From positions 1 through 37,286 of the IMG/VR virus record IMGVR_UViG_3300020042_003680: a DNA stretch of 37,286 nt. One strand, 5' to 3'. A model generated the notes under the pieces. It was not told the origin of the DNA and did no database searches. It was given only the letters and a program-made list of their open reading frames with translations. Below are positions 28,201-35,823 of this stretch, one piece after another; position 1 is the stretch's first letter; every line of letters begins with the position of its first letter. Made by a program: the position numbers and the translations under genes. The stretch comes from a virus. Taxonomy: Duplodnaviria > Caudoviricetes.

Positions 28201-31200
28201 ATTTACAGCAATCTCACTGAACAACGCGCAGAGATTGCAGGATCAAAACGTAAAAAGAAAGTTGCCGACACACGCTATGCCGAGAACGACCTCACTGAAG
28301 TAATTGGCAAGGTCATGGCAGACCGCATCCGCAACGATCCTGCTCAGACCGGAGTAATCGAAGGTGACAACCTGACCGTTGATTCTGTCGGCGTAAAGAA
28401 ACTCTACGATGTCATAGTCCCTGCTCAGGCAAACAAGATACTGAAGGAGATGGGCGGCGGGAAGGTTGGGGAAACACGCATTTCATTCAACCATGACGCT
28501 AGTAATAATCCTCAATTAGAATGGAATGATGGCGCGGCCCGTTCAATATTGAGAAGTGGTGGTGAAATTTACATTTTTGATATAGCAGCAAACGATGAAA
28601 CTTTAATAAAAACAGAAGCGGATTTAGATAGAGAATTAAACGCTACAGGCGAACCTGCTGGTTATATTCTTGGAGATAAACAAGGGACGTTAAAGCAACC
28701 ATCCTTCGACATCATCCCTGCTCTGCGCGAACGTGCCATGCAGGGTATGCCAAGATTCAGCGTAGCCCCAAAGATTACCAAGAACATTGTTAAGAACGCA
28801 AAGGGCTTGTACATCTACAAGGGCAAACTTCCCGAATCGTTCTACAAGTGGTTTGGAACGTCTGCTGTAACGGATGATGACGGTTACCCGCTGGTTATGT
28901 TCCACGGTACGGCTAGGGACATTACTGAGTTTAAACCAAAACAAGCCAATGCTATTTTTATAACCAACAACACAAATACTGCTTTCAATTTCTCCGAGTT
29001 ATCAAAAGCGTGGGTTCTAGATCATCTTGATGATTTCATCACCCCAGAACTTCAAAAAGAAATAAGGGTTGAGGCTAGGAGGGTAGCGAATTCTTCTAAT
29101 GAAAAAAACAAAACGATAGCCTTTATTGATGAACTTGACCGCCTAATTGGTAACGAGCTTGAAAGTGGAAACAATTTAATACCGCTGTTTGTAAGGGCAG
29201 AAAATATTTTTGACTATGAAAATAAAGAACAAGTAAAAAATCTTCTTGATTATATTAGTGGTAAAGGTGGTTTAACTGCATATGCATTTTCTAAGAATGA
29301 TAACTGGGAGACAATTGAATCTCCAGCAGTCCAGAACGCCATTAAGGCACTTGGTTATGACAGCTTCTATGTATCAGAAAACAACAGTAAGAACCTAGCC
29401 GTATACGATCCCAACCAAGTTAAATCCGTTACCGGCAACTCGGGTGAGTACAGCCGTGAGAGCAAAGATATTCGCAGGAGTGTTGCTCCTAGGTTTTCTG
29501 ATAAACCTGTCCCCAAAGTAATTGACGAATATTCTGGAATGGTGAACGCAAAAAATATTGCGAAAACAAAGAAGTGGGGCACTAACCGCGATTTTAAAAT
29601 AGCAATGCAAGAATCCGTTCGTAATAAAGCGGATGAACTTGAAGTTGATCTAACCACAGACAACGAGAACAACCGTGCCTACCTTATCCGCAACCTCATC
29701 AGAGAATCGCGTGATGCTCTGGTAGTAAATAAAAATGCCGTTGGTTGGTATGACGACAAAGTAACGGCAGCACTGGAAATTATTTCTGAACTTCACCCTG
29801 AAATACTCACAGAACCGGAAGCTAAATTTGCTTTTATTTGGGCGCTAGCGGTTACGTCTAACGGAATCAAGGTAAACAGAAACTTCCAGATGGCAGAAAA
29901 TGCCTATTCAAAATGGAAGCGTACTGGCGGAAAAAATGGCGGAAAGATGCCCACTAACATTGGCGAAGGCACATCCAAGAAAGCCATTGAAAAGGGCATG
30001 AAGATATACAACAAGTTGATTGATGATTGGGGATTTCAAAAGCTTCAGAAATTTTCAACTGAACTTCAACTCAACCGTAAAGTAAGGGACACTTACGGCA
30101 CACAAGCATCTGGCGAAGGCATTGATACCTATGTATATGGTGCTTCAATCCTAGGCCCAAAGATTGGCAACGGGTTTTTTATGAACCTATACGGTGAGTT
30201 TGGACAACTAACGATGGATCGCTGGTTTGTCCGTATGTACGGAAGGCTTACCGGAAACCTTGTTGAACATAACCAAAAACTTATTGATTCCAGTAGAGAA
30301 TCAGTTATTGGTCTAATTGATTACATAAATACAAATGAATTTGCTAAAGAACAAATAGAGACTATTCTAGGTGTTGAATTGTCCAGCAACGATCCGTTGG
30401 ATATTGCAAACCGTATAGTTAAGAAATCCGCAAAAGAAGATTTGCGTGAAGAAATTAAAAGAATATTTCCGGCAAACGAGGCCGATGAATCCATCGTTGC
30501 AGAAATTCGCGGTGGAACGTTAAAAGATTTTACTTCAGTTGGAGATGAACTTCGCAAACAGGCGAAGACTTACATCATACACGTTGACGGTCAGATTGAG
30601 GCACCCAAAGGTGCAAGTCAACGCAACATGATGCGTGAGATTGGGGAAAAAGTTCTTTCTGAACTTAGGAAAACAAATCCTTATTTAACGATGGCAGATT
30701 TTCAGGCGCTTCTCTGGTATCCGGAGAAAACCTTGTATGACACTGCTGGTGTTGAAGACCAAGAAATTAATGGTTACGAAGATGCAGAGGCACCTGACTA
30801 TGCCAATGCTGCTGCAAATCTAGTTACCTCAAGAGGGATTTCAAATGAAAGAGTCCAAGAAGCAAGAAACCGTGCCAGACGTATCGTTTCCGACAGGCGC
30901 TCAAGCCGAAGCGGACGAGGAGATGGAGGATCATCTGGAGTATCTGGATTATCTGGAGAGACTGAAAAAGAAGGAAAGCAAGTAACGACAAAGCTGTCTA
31001 TTGCACCCAAGCTTACTGTCTCTCCTTACATTAGTGCTACAGGTGTTTTGGGTGGTCGTGCAATACCAACTACCTTTGCCGCCCCAGCATCCAGTAAGTT
31101 AACAGACCACATCTACACTTGGGCAGACAAGTTTGTCGATCTCAAGAACCTTCAGGCAGAGATTGAAAAGACTACTGGTCAACTGGAAGACCAATACAAC

Positions 31201-33798
31201 GCCTACCAGAAAGAAGAGCTTTATCACGCCAAGGTAGCGAAGCAGGTTCTTGACTTTATGCGTCAAGAGGTTCGTCCTCTTTTTGATGCAATGGAAAAAG
31301 AAAACATAACGCCTGAGAAGTTAAACGAATACCTGCACTCCCGTCACGCTAAAGAAAGAAACGACCAGATAGATGCCATCAACAAAGGGGTTGTGCAAGG
31401 AATTATTGGTAAGGGTTCCGGGATAACAACCAAAGACGCTAGAGACTATTTAAACAGTCTTTCCGCACAAGAAAAAGCATCCTTAGACCGTGTGGCAAAG
31501 ATGCTTGATGGCATTATGCAGAAGACCCGCGATCTTATGGTTTCCTCCGGTCTTGAAGAGCAGGGAACCATCGATGCTTGGCAGAAGACGTATAAACACT
31601 ATGTGCCGCTTGAACGTGTCTTGGGAGATCCTGACGAAGAAAACACAGGCTTTACTGGTCAGGGTCAGGGATATTCTGTCAGTAAGAATGTAAAACGCGC
31701 ATTGGGTTCTACACTTGATGTTGAGCATATCATTGCAAACATCCTTGCCACCCGTGAAAGAACCATTGTCAGGGCGGAAAAGAATGAAGTAAACAAGGCA
31801 ATCTATGGTCTGGCTCTTAAAGCGCCCAATCCAAATATTTGGATAGCAGTTGACCCTGAACTTCCAAAGAATACGCGCAAGAATCTCGCATCTTTTCTGG
31901 CGACCTTTGGTGGCTTTACATTAAATGAAGCCCAGAATATTGCTGCCTTCCCGCAGACTAGGTCGGTTGATCGTCAGACTGGGTTGATAACCAAGGGACG
32001 TAACCCGCAACTTGCCAAGGCAGACAATGTCCTGCACCTGATGATTGACGGGAAAGAGAAGCTGGTCTTCTTTAATTCCCGCAACAAACAAGCAAACAGG
32101 CTTGTCCGCACACTGAAGAATCTGGACACGGCAACCGTGGCGCGTGGGCTTCAGACGGTAGCCGTAATTACAAGATACTTCTCTGCGATCAATACTCAAT
32201 ACAACCCGATCTTCGGCGTTATAAACCTTATCCGTGACGTTCAGACTGGGCTTATAAACCTTCAAAGCACTCCCATAGCAGGGATGCAGAAACAGGTAGC
32301 CAACGACTTCATGCCAGCCATCAAGGGCATATGGAGTCAGTTGAGGGCAGAGGCCAAGGGAGGCAACGGAACTGGTCAGTGGGCTGCGCTGTTTAAAGAG
32401 TTTGAACAGTATGGTGGCCCAACAGGTTATCGGGATATGTTTGCTAATTCCGATGACCGGGCAAAAATGATTGAGAGCGAAATAAAGTCTTTGAAGCAGG
32501 GCAAGATTAAGGAAGGGTTTTCTGGACTAAAAAGTATGCTTTCAGATTACAACACCGCCTTTGAAAACGGTGTGCGTCTTGCCGCATATAAAGCTGCCTT
32601 GGACGTTAGGTCAACCGCATATCCAAAGGGAATGAGCAAACAACAAGCAGCTTCTCTTGCAAAGAACCTGACCGTCAACTTCAACAGGAAGGGAGATATA
32701 GCACTTCAGGCTGGCGCTCTCTATGCGTTCTTCAACGCTTCTGTGCAAGGTACTTCCCGTATCTTGCAAACAATGACAAGGATAGAGAACGGGAAACTTG
32801 TTGTCACCCCGCTTGGCAATAAGATAATAAGGGGCGGATTACTTCTTGGGGTTGTTCAGGCGGTAGCTTTGGCGGCAGCAGGTTTTGATGATGATAACCC
32901 TCCTCAGTTTGTGCGGGAGAAGAACATCATCATTCCGTTGATGAACGGGAAATACCTTACCATTCCAATGCCGCTTGGATTTAACCTTCTCCCGAACCTG
33001 TCCCGCAACGTCACGGAATGGGGGATGTCTGGATTCAAGAATACGCCCAAACGGATTATCTCTTTGCTTGAGTCTGTAATGACAGGTTTAAACCCGTTTG
33101 GCGGCGGGTTCTCGGTACAGACTCTATTTCCTACGGTAGCAGATCCAATAATTGCTTTGGCTGAGAACAAGGATTCCTTTGGAAGGAAGATTTACCGGGA
33201 AGACTTTTCCTCCCTGCGTCAGACTCCCGGATACCTTCGTACAAAGGATACAGCCACACCTTGGTCGAAGGGTTTGTCTGAGTTTCTCAACTACGCTTCC
33301 GGCGGGACTCAGCATATGAAGGGCGCACTTAGCCCAACACCAGATCAGATTGACTACTTGATTGGTCAGGCAACCGGGGGTGTCGGGAGAGAAATTGGGA
33401 AAATTTTCCAAACAGTTTCATCTACCGCTACAGGCGAAGAACTTCCATCCACAAAAATACCGCTACTCAGCAGGTTTTACGGGGACACGGAAGAATCCGC
33501 AAGTCAGAGCAACAAGTACTACACCAACCTCTCTCGGATCAATTCATATGCCGCAGAGATAAAGGGCAGGATAGGACATCCGGGCACTGGGACAGTCTCT
33601 GAATTTATCCAAGACGTTCCAGAGGCAAGGCTTGTTCCGCTGGCTACAGCAACCTATTCAGCAATTCAAAAAATAGAGAAGCTGAAGAAACAGGCAATTG
33701 AAAGAGGTCTTCCAAAGGAAAGGATTCGTCAATTTGAGAAACTTACCCAAGACAGGATGAAGCAATTCAACCAGAGAGTTGAAGCCTTCCAAAGATAA
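22240..33798 (+). CDS. Giant polyvalent virion protein (3852 aa): HExxH metallopeptidase, GNAT, ParB-like, ART, HhH-glycosylase-like and LPD38-like domains
   Basis: HEAIH at 25138-25152; ERKKGKA...FYKRFGF; INPLIV...EGGHR; WFG...FHGT...GYDS...PNQVKS; GPKIG...TMDRWFVR; C-terminal IPMPLG...NKDSFGRKI...PDQIDYLI...IPLLSRF. Confidence 0.9.
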   Translation: MPTIIEGPTGRRFQFEADIPEARAFELAKQQYPELFPEAVKAPVPAKPEPGIASEIGSILKSGTGQGIASLGKLGQYVGIGGKDLEEYGAGMTKRATEALSPGTQAALQRQFLKEAPEGQGFLGYQLGDGKLTDIPAQFLQSVPVMAGSMAAAVGATALAPASVVAGAGTGVLGFLGRVGLGKVAGRIVTAAGPGAGAAEALAGKLAINTLAGNVTEGLAAAGSSGIETEKAINDFAKVNPDGFFRSPIGQQALQDADGDKKKAIELGAFRAGRSVAALTGISTAILATPGSAFESVAVFGKGAKSSRLRSAIMGGIAEGPLQELPQGSAEQYIQNLQRIQAGEEISPGKGVLEAGVQGAIIGTPMGGALGAITGSGKPQEPRSLDAQFQELANQYQSKGLNATTAYSNAANDIEKYAQAGETLTVYDSLGRDRDVTIVGKSDAGRAIVDVGGEEFVLGNEYTVSNPNDGRYGIKKGDEFVASSELNKDEVTSASENIEKIIKQFNAEFEQTKVKTPEHYAAERLGTALDAAKEVIEVAEEKTQEEAVKPKAAKKPVVKVAAAPPADPTTDPAAAQAAPDAAAPAAQDPAAAPAPAAPAAAQAAPAAPTEQATEQTVSAEQQAAIDFIAAVDTGGIPLNPSKGNAIARGLGLEVNTKSKPEETIQRIRDAVGRITPTEQTADIQAAIDAANAAGQRATTEQEDSVVIDEDAIEAAAEAQAEEQAKADADAITAENASKNLAKSTKAEDRAAEKAAKKVETDAFNAAEKVRRKIYNPFDRALNGLEMMNPDEGTRDDPNPDHKDIKSALLKTAKKLLDLGYMDEQEYSAFTQETKTKGADLTDGIRTLRYVVESSVGQGTTPKSRVSAKESRAPKTKKGTPAAQNTLRQLLTEMRKTRNKEYYDKALPRVAALVKKRMGQLGLGKHIEEDFIKLLQAGKETSGAYFKKVINLAIAGKSDKQIMSTLDHEAIHAMRAIGMITESEWKNLSNLVVKRGWLNTFRIDERYEGKLNPTTDELKISGLSREEWIQEAKYEEAISDAFATYANGRSPLLGYDGNDQPIYRYKKDLNLAGQPVGIINRILKILGIVKDVVSEDAVFKRFQEAPIEADADKLKAEGASPKLSVSKADLGREKTGQLYEVYNRKTGKVVGGPYQTRSTARSGADRNDNKYGGYAHDVREVEQKELPKTAKNIIQKTSFYKDLLPASGFNRLPIDSQRNYKYKSGQSFLTFERDGVRVAFSSGQKLYSDKRGVGVYQGDTNESVFHALIVDPQERKKGKATKALIDIIRSADESNTNIYLQPTSLDAGAMTTPQLVEFYKRFGFEPQNNEKVLIRVAKTKPKPSPKFSVSPSEKFPRVGKLVDGLTVREHIPNQSSISASLTDYTFVPGVREIPLSAFDPAYVPSVTLEKLDNRTRKLANEIKNSGEINPLIVVMDSEGLYVLEGGHRFDALIALGAKSLPAQVVIDDEPNFKQKPSPKFSVAARLTAKEETKPVWYSALSRQIDKLPQDEMTAAEWKALLVKPEETKSRGVRGPDNVVIPGKFITTKIEASSKLPGVKMAEIKATEILEWIDAQGGANELSLAGTELVNARRLFIEKELTDDGISDDFTAMYGYESRNTKQKTMIDMLSQNDIYFKDMWPNEKFTVPNKDKTNPQISKSQIQQFLEKGGAKLEFQDKVLGGKLVPSKLLKRYIDGHSSRTNLTSADYGLLAIELESKAKTYKPTEGLYRHYFVLSEEATQLAEGIASTGSSAEPTKFSGYQLPGGKNYREAFVTTPNVTGLRNNYAVFKGDDEYYVGERDTGNPISRMFATQIAAENSLEDFNRVGNASGSWKDGHPSYSGIDNPVVRIRFNDRTDVDGNKVLFLEELQPPNNPEFQKMPKSLQDRWLAIGLKRMIRYAADNGYDKIAWTTGEQQVMRYENALRKQVDSIEWEKTPEGVHIRGYKLENTSRRPLIGDEALIEQIDADRDRLVALHGDPRDMATVQRRIYSNLTEQRAEIAGSKRKKKVADTRYAENDLTEVIGKVMADRIRNDPAQTGVIEGDNLTVDSVGVKKLYDVIVPAQANKILKEMGGGKVGETRISFNHDASNNPQLEWNDGAARSILRSGGEIYIFDIAANDETLIKTEADLDRELNATGEPAGYILGDKQGTLKQPSFDIIPALRERAMQGMPRFSVAPKITKNIVKNAKGLYIYKGKLPESFYKWFGTSAVTDDDGYPLVMFHGTARDITEFKPKQANAIFITNNTNTAFNFSELSKAWVLDHLDDFITPELQKEIRVEARRVANSSNEKNKTIAFIDELDRLIGNELESGNNLIPLFVRAENIFDYENKEQVKNLLDYISGKGGLTAYAFSKNDNWETIESPAVQNAIKALGYDSFYVSENNSKNLAVYDPNQVKSVTGNSGEYSRESKDIRRSVAPRFSDKPVPKVIDEYSGMVNAKNIAKTKKWGTNRDFKIAMQESVRNKADELEVDLTTDNENNRAYLIRNLIRESRDALVVNKNAVGWYDDKVTAALEIISELHPEILTEPEAKFAFIWALAVTSNGIKVNRNFQMAENAYSKWKRTGGKNGGKMPTNIGEGTSKKAIEKGMKIYNKLIDDWGFQKLQKFSTELQLNRKVRDTYGTQASGEGIDTYVYGASILGPKIGNGFFMNLYGEFGQLTMDRWFVRMYGRLTGNLVEHNQKLIDSSRESVIGLIDYINTNEFAKEQIETILGVELSSNDPLDIANRIVKKSAKEDLREEIKRIFPANEADESIVAEIRGGTLKDFTSVGDELRKQAKTYIIHVDGQIEAPKGASQRNMMREIGEKVLSELRKTNPYLTMADFQALLWYPEKTLYDTAGVEDQEINGYEDAEAPDYANAAANLVTSRGISNERVQEARNRARRIVSDRRSSRSGRGDGGSSGVSGLSGETEKEGKQVTTKLSIAPKLTVSPYISATGVLGGRAIPTTFAAPASSKLTDHIYTWADKFVDLKNLQAEIEKTTGQLEDQYNAYQKEELYHAKVAKQVLDFMRQEVRPLFDAMEKENITPEKLNEYLHSRHAKERNDQIDAINKGVVQGIIGKGSGITTKDARDYLNSLSAQEKASLDRVAKMLDGIMQKTRDLMVSSGLEEQGTIDAWQKTYKHYVPLERVLGDPDEENTGFTGQGQGYSVSKNVKRALGSTLDVEHIIANILATRERTIVRAEKNEVNKAIYGLALKAPNPNIWIAVDPELPKNTRKNLASFLATFGGFTLNEAQNIAAFPQTRSVDRQTGLITKGRNPQLAKADNVLHLMIDGKEKLVFFNSRNKQANRLVRTLKNLDTATVARGLQTVAVITRYFSAINTQYNPIFGVINLIRDVQTGLINLQSTPIAGMQKQVANDFMPAIKGIWSQLRAEAKGGNGTGQWAALFKEFEQYGGPTGYRDMFANSDDRAKMIESEIKSLKQGKIKEGFSGLKSMLSDYNTAFENGVRLAAYKAALDVRSTAYPKGMSKQQAASLAKNLTVNFNRKGDIALQAGALYAFFNASVQGTSRILQTMTRIENGKLVVTPLGNKIIRGGLLLGVVQAVALAAAGFDDDNPPQFVREKNIIIPLMNGKYLTIPMPLGFNLLPNLSRNVTEWGMSGFKNTPKRIISLLESVMTGLNPFGGGFSVQTLFPTVADPIIALAENKDSFGRKIYREDFSSLRQTPGYLRTKDTATPWSKGLSEFLNYASGGTQHMKGALSPTPDQIDYLIGQATGGVGREIGKIFQTVSSTATGEELPSTKIPLLSRFYGDTEESASQSNKYYTNLSRINSYAAEIKGRIGHPGTGTVSEFIQDVPEARLVPLATATYSAIQKIEKLKKQAIERGLPKERIRQFEKLTQDRMKQFNQRVEAFQR
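26260..26682 (+). repeat. Perfect 24-bp direct repeats flanking the ParB-like module
   Basis: aaaccatcaccaaagttcagcgta at 26260-26283 and 26659-26682 (399 bp apart, in frame). Confidence 0.95.
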
Positions 33799-33826
33799 AA
33801 AACCCCCCGGCAAAATGACCGGGGGG
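33795..33826 (-). terminator. Rho-independent terminator between convergent operons (U-tract on the minus strand; may be bidirectional)
   Basis: Stem CCCCCCGG (33803-33810) / CCGGGGGG (33819-33826), 8-nt loop, A-run at 33797-33802. Confidence 0.85.
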
Positions 33827-33851
33827 AATCCTTGTAGGGAAAGGCCAAGGA

Positions 33852-34094
33852 CTATTTGATACGCCACACGCGGTGACCTGCATCACTCCTGCGGATCGTA
33901 AATTTCTTACCTTCAAGCTTGTGTTTCCTCAAGCTTCCGATGATGGCTGCGTATGTCTTATCAACTATCTCTACAGATTGGTTGGGAGACATATCACCAA
34001 ATGGGTACTTGCTAACCCTATACGACCGTTTGACAGGTAGCACCACATCATCTTCCACTTTGTATTTTGTTGAGGAGTTCATTTTCGGTTCCAT
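33852..34094 (-). CDS. Small basic protein, putative DNA-binding
   Basis: KYPFGDM...KKFTIRR....RVWRIK; start could be 34094 or 34082. Confidence 0.65.
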   Translation of the reverse strand: MEPKMNSSTKYKVEDDVVLPVKRSYRVSKYPFGDMSPNQSVEIVDKTYAAIIGSLRKHKLEGKKFTIRRSDAGHRVWRIK

Positions 34095-34323
34095 ATCTTT
34101 TTTCAAATTCCCTTTTGTGTGGATGTCTAGAGACAGCCACCTCACTATTCAGACCGCTCCGATGGTGAGTAAAGCAGAGAGGAATCGTTTCCAAGTGCGT
34201 CTGCCTTCTCCCATTTCTTAGTATATGGTGTATGTCTGCTGGTGAGTATATACCATTTAAACGGCATACTATACAGCCTAGTTCAGATATGTACCTTACC
34301 CATTGTTTTTCTTCAGCATTCAT
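34048..34323 (-). CDS. Ref-like (recombination enhancement) HNH-type nuclease
   Basis: GCIVC...IHHI...IPLCFTHHR...FEKRYGTE.ELL. Confidence 0.8.
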   Translation of the reverse strand: MNAEEKQWVRYISELGCIVCRLNGIYSPADIHHILRNGRRQTHLETIPLCFTHHRSGLNSEVAVSRHPHKREFEKRYGTENELLNKIQSGR

Positions 34324-34473
34324 TCATGTTGGTTCTTCTGCGTAGAGGGGTGTAGATTTTGCATTGGGATCAATGTCCCTGTAGTCGGCAATTGAGTTGT
34401 GCAGACAGACCACGCGATGATGTTTCCCGCCAACGGTAAGTTCGATCAGCCATGCCACAGGGGTTTTGTCCAT
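34324..34473 (-). CDS. 49-aa hypothetical protein (not in ORF track)
   Basis: MDKTPVAWLIELTVGGKHHRVVCLHNSIADYRDIDPNAKSTPLYAEEPT*; TAATG-coupled to the upstream gene and abuts the downstream ATG. Confidence 0.7.
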   Translation of the reverse strand: MDKTPVAWLIELTVGGKHHRVVCLHNSIADYRDIDPNAKSTPLYAEEPT

Positions 34474-34886
34474 TAAAAGGGAACCTGATCTTTCAGCCAA
34501 TTACGGAACTCAACCTTCATTAGGTCAAACGATTCTTGAAACTCCACATCACTTAACTCTTTGCGTGATTTGATGCCACACATCCTGTGTAAGGCTTCAA
34601 TGGCTTGTTCCTCACACTTTTCGGTAATCTCATTCTGAGATGCCAGCCAATCCCAGAACATAGGATTGCGGCACAACATCCCGGCAGCAGAAACTACCCC
34701 GTTCTTTCTGGGGTAGGGTGTCTGGTCTTCGTTTAAACGAACAGCCACAATCTGATAACGCGCCCCAACGAAGTCCCTGAAAATCTCTTCAGGCACATCG
34801 TCAGGGTGAACTGACAGGGTAAGGATATACCCCGTCTTGTCCTGCTTCATGGCGACCTTGACCGCCTCAAAGTTAGACGTATTCAT
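34473..34886 (-). CDS. Hypothetical phage protein (137 aa)
   Basis: TGATG coupling at 34886; FEAVKVAMKQDKTG...HPDD...AGMLCRNPMFWDWL...CGIKSRKEL. Confidence 0.75.
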   Translation of the reverse strand: MNTSNFEAVKVAMKQDKTGYILTLSVHPDDVPEEIFRDFVGARYQIVAVRLNEDQTPYPRKNGVVSAAGMLCRNPMFWDWLASQNEITEKCEEQAIEALHRMCGIKSRKELSDVEFQESFDLMKVEFRNWLKDQVPF

Positions 34887-35173
34887 CAGAAGGGTATATC
34901 TTCGTCCACCACCTTGGTGGTCTTGGTTTCGCCCTGCTTGATGTAATGCTCCTTCACAGCAAGGCTGAGAAACTTCTTCCCAGAGTCTGCCCCGGTGCGA
35001 GTCCATGCCGAGATATCAAGGATCACCTCACCACCCGCCTTGTATTCCTTGGCGATGTAGTTGCAGAGGTCTTCTCCCAACTCAATCTGCCCGGTGAGAT
35101 TCGGGGATCTTTCCTTGCGGTACTTCTCATCCATTGGAAACAGGCTTCCAGTATTCGGGTATGCGCTCATCAC
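34886..35173 (-). CDS. SSB-like single-stranded DNA-binding protein
   Basis: GSLF...P.LTG...SAW....GKKFLSL core; acidic tail ending DEDIPF; directly downstream of Sak. Confidence 0.7.
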   Translation of the reverse strand: MMSAYPNTGSLFPMDEKYRKERSPNLTGQIELGEDLCNYIAKEYKAGGEVILDISAWTRTGADSGKKFLSLAVKEHYIKQGETKTTKVVDEDIPF

Positions 35174-35823
35174 TACTCCTTGTTAAGTTTAGCTACGCTT
35201 TCTTTGAACGATACTATCAACGCCTCGTACCTTGGCTTTGAGAAAGCCTCGACACGGGCCAGCACCGACTTGTTGCTCTTCCAGAACTCACGCAGTCCAT
35301 CCTCAGTCCTGAAGGTGGGGATGAATTCATCACACATCCCAATTACGAAATCCACAACCTCTGCCTCCCCCTTACCTGCGGGAACAGTAATCTTCCCTGC
35401 AATCGGAGCCACTGCCTTATCCACAGGCTTATCCACAGGCTTCGGCGCTTCCTGTTTAAACTCTTCCGTGGGAATGTCTTCACCTGCGTAGATGTAAAGA
35501 CCCAGTCCATGAAGCGCAATCGCTTTGGCAAGGCAACGCTGCATGGCTACGTTGACCTGAAAAGCGTCTGGCTCTTGGATGGCTTTATTTTTATAGTCCA
35601 GCACCGGGAGTTGAGCGGTACGTTCGCGTCCAAAGGCAACCACCGTGCAGTAGACCATCATGGTGCCGTTCAGATAGATGGTTGGCTCTGTATAGAACCA
35701 CCTAGCGCCGCTATCCAAACGCTGCAACTGGTCTACAGCCCAAGCCCAGCTTAGATAGCTGAGGTTGTTCTTTTTCTCAACGTGTTCGTTTACGTTGATT
35801 GCTGCTATCTCAGAGTATTTCAT
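35173..35823 (-). CDS. sak: Sak (Rad52-like, DUF1071) single-strand annealing protein
   Basis: INVNEHVEKKNNLSYLSWAWA...LPVLDYKNKAI...QRCLAKAIALHGLGLYIYAGED. Confidence 0.9.
   Translation of the reverse strand: MKYSEIAAINVNEHVEKKNNLSYLSWAWAVDQLQRLDSGARWFYTEPTIYLNGTMMVYCTVVAFGRERTAQLPVLDYKNKAIQEPDAFQVNVAMQRCLAKAIALHGLGLYIYAGEDIPTEEFKQEAPKPVDKPVDKAVAPIAGKITVPAGKGEAEVVDFVIGMCDEFIPTFRTEDGLREFWKSNKSVLARVEAFSKPRYEALIVSFKESVAKLNKE
35417..35437 (+). promoter_or_regulatory. Two perfect DnaA-box 9-mers in direct repeat inside sak
   Basis: TTATCCACA at 35417-35425 and 35429-35437. Confidence 0.45.

Noticed and set aside
22240-33798. Inteins or a virion RNA polymerase in the giant ORF
   Set aside because: No C/S...HN-C/S/T splice junctions, LAGLIDADG motifs, or DxDGD / T7-type polymerase motifs recognised.
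115-33867. Many minus-strand ORFs in the track (e.g. 6982-7473, 14724-15275, 23796-24473)
   Set aside because: They are antisense shadows of repetitive or Ala/Thr/Gly-rich + strand genes, with no recognisable motifs.
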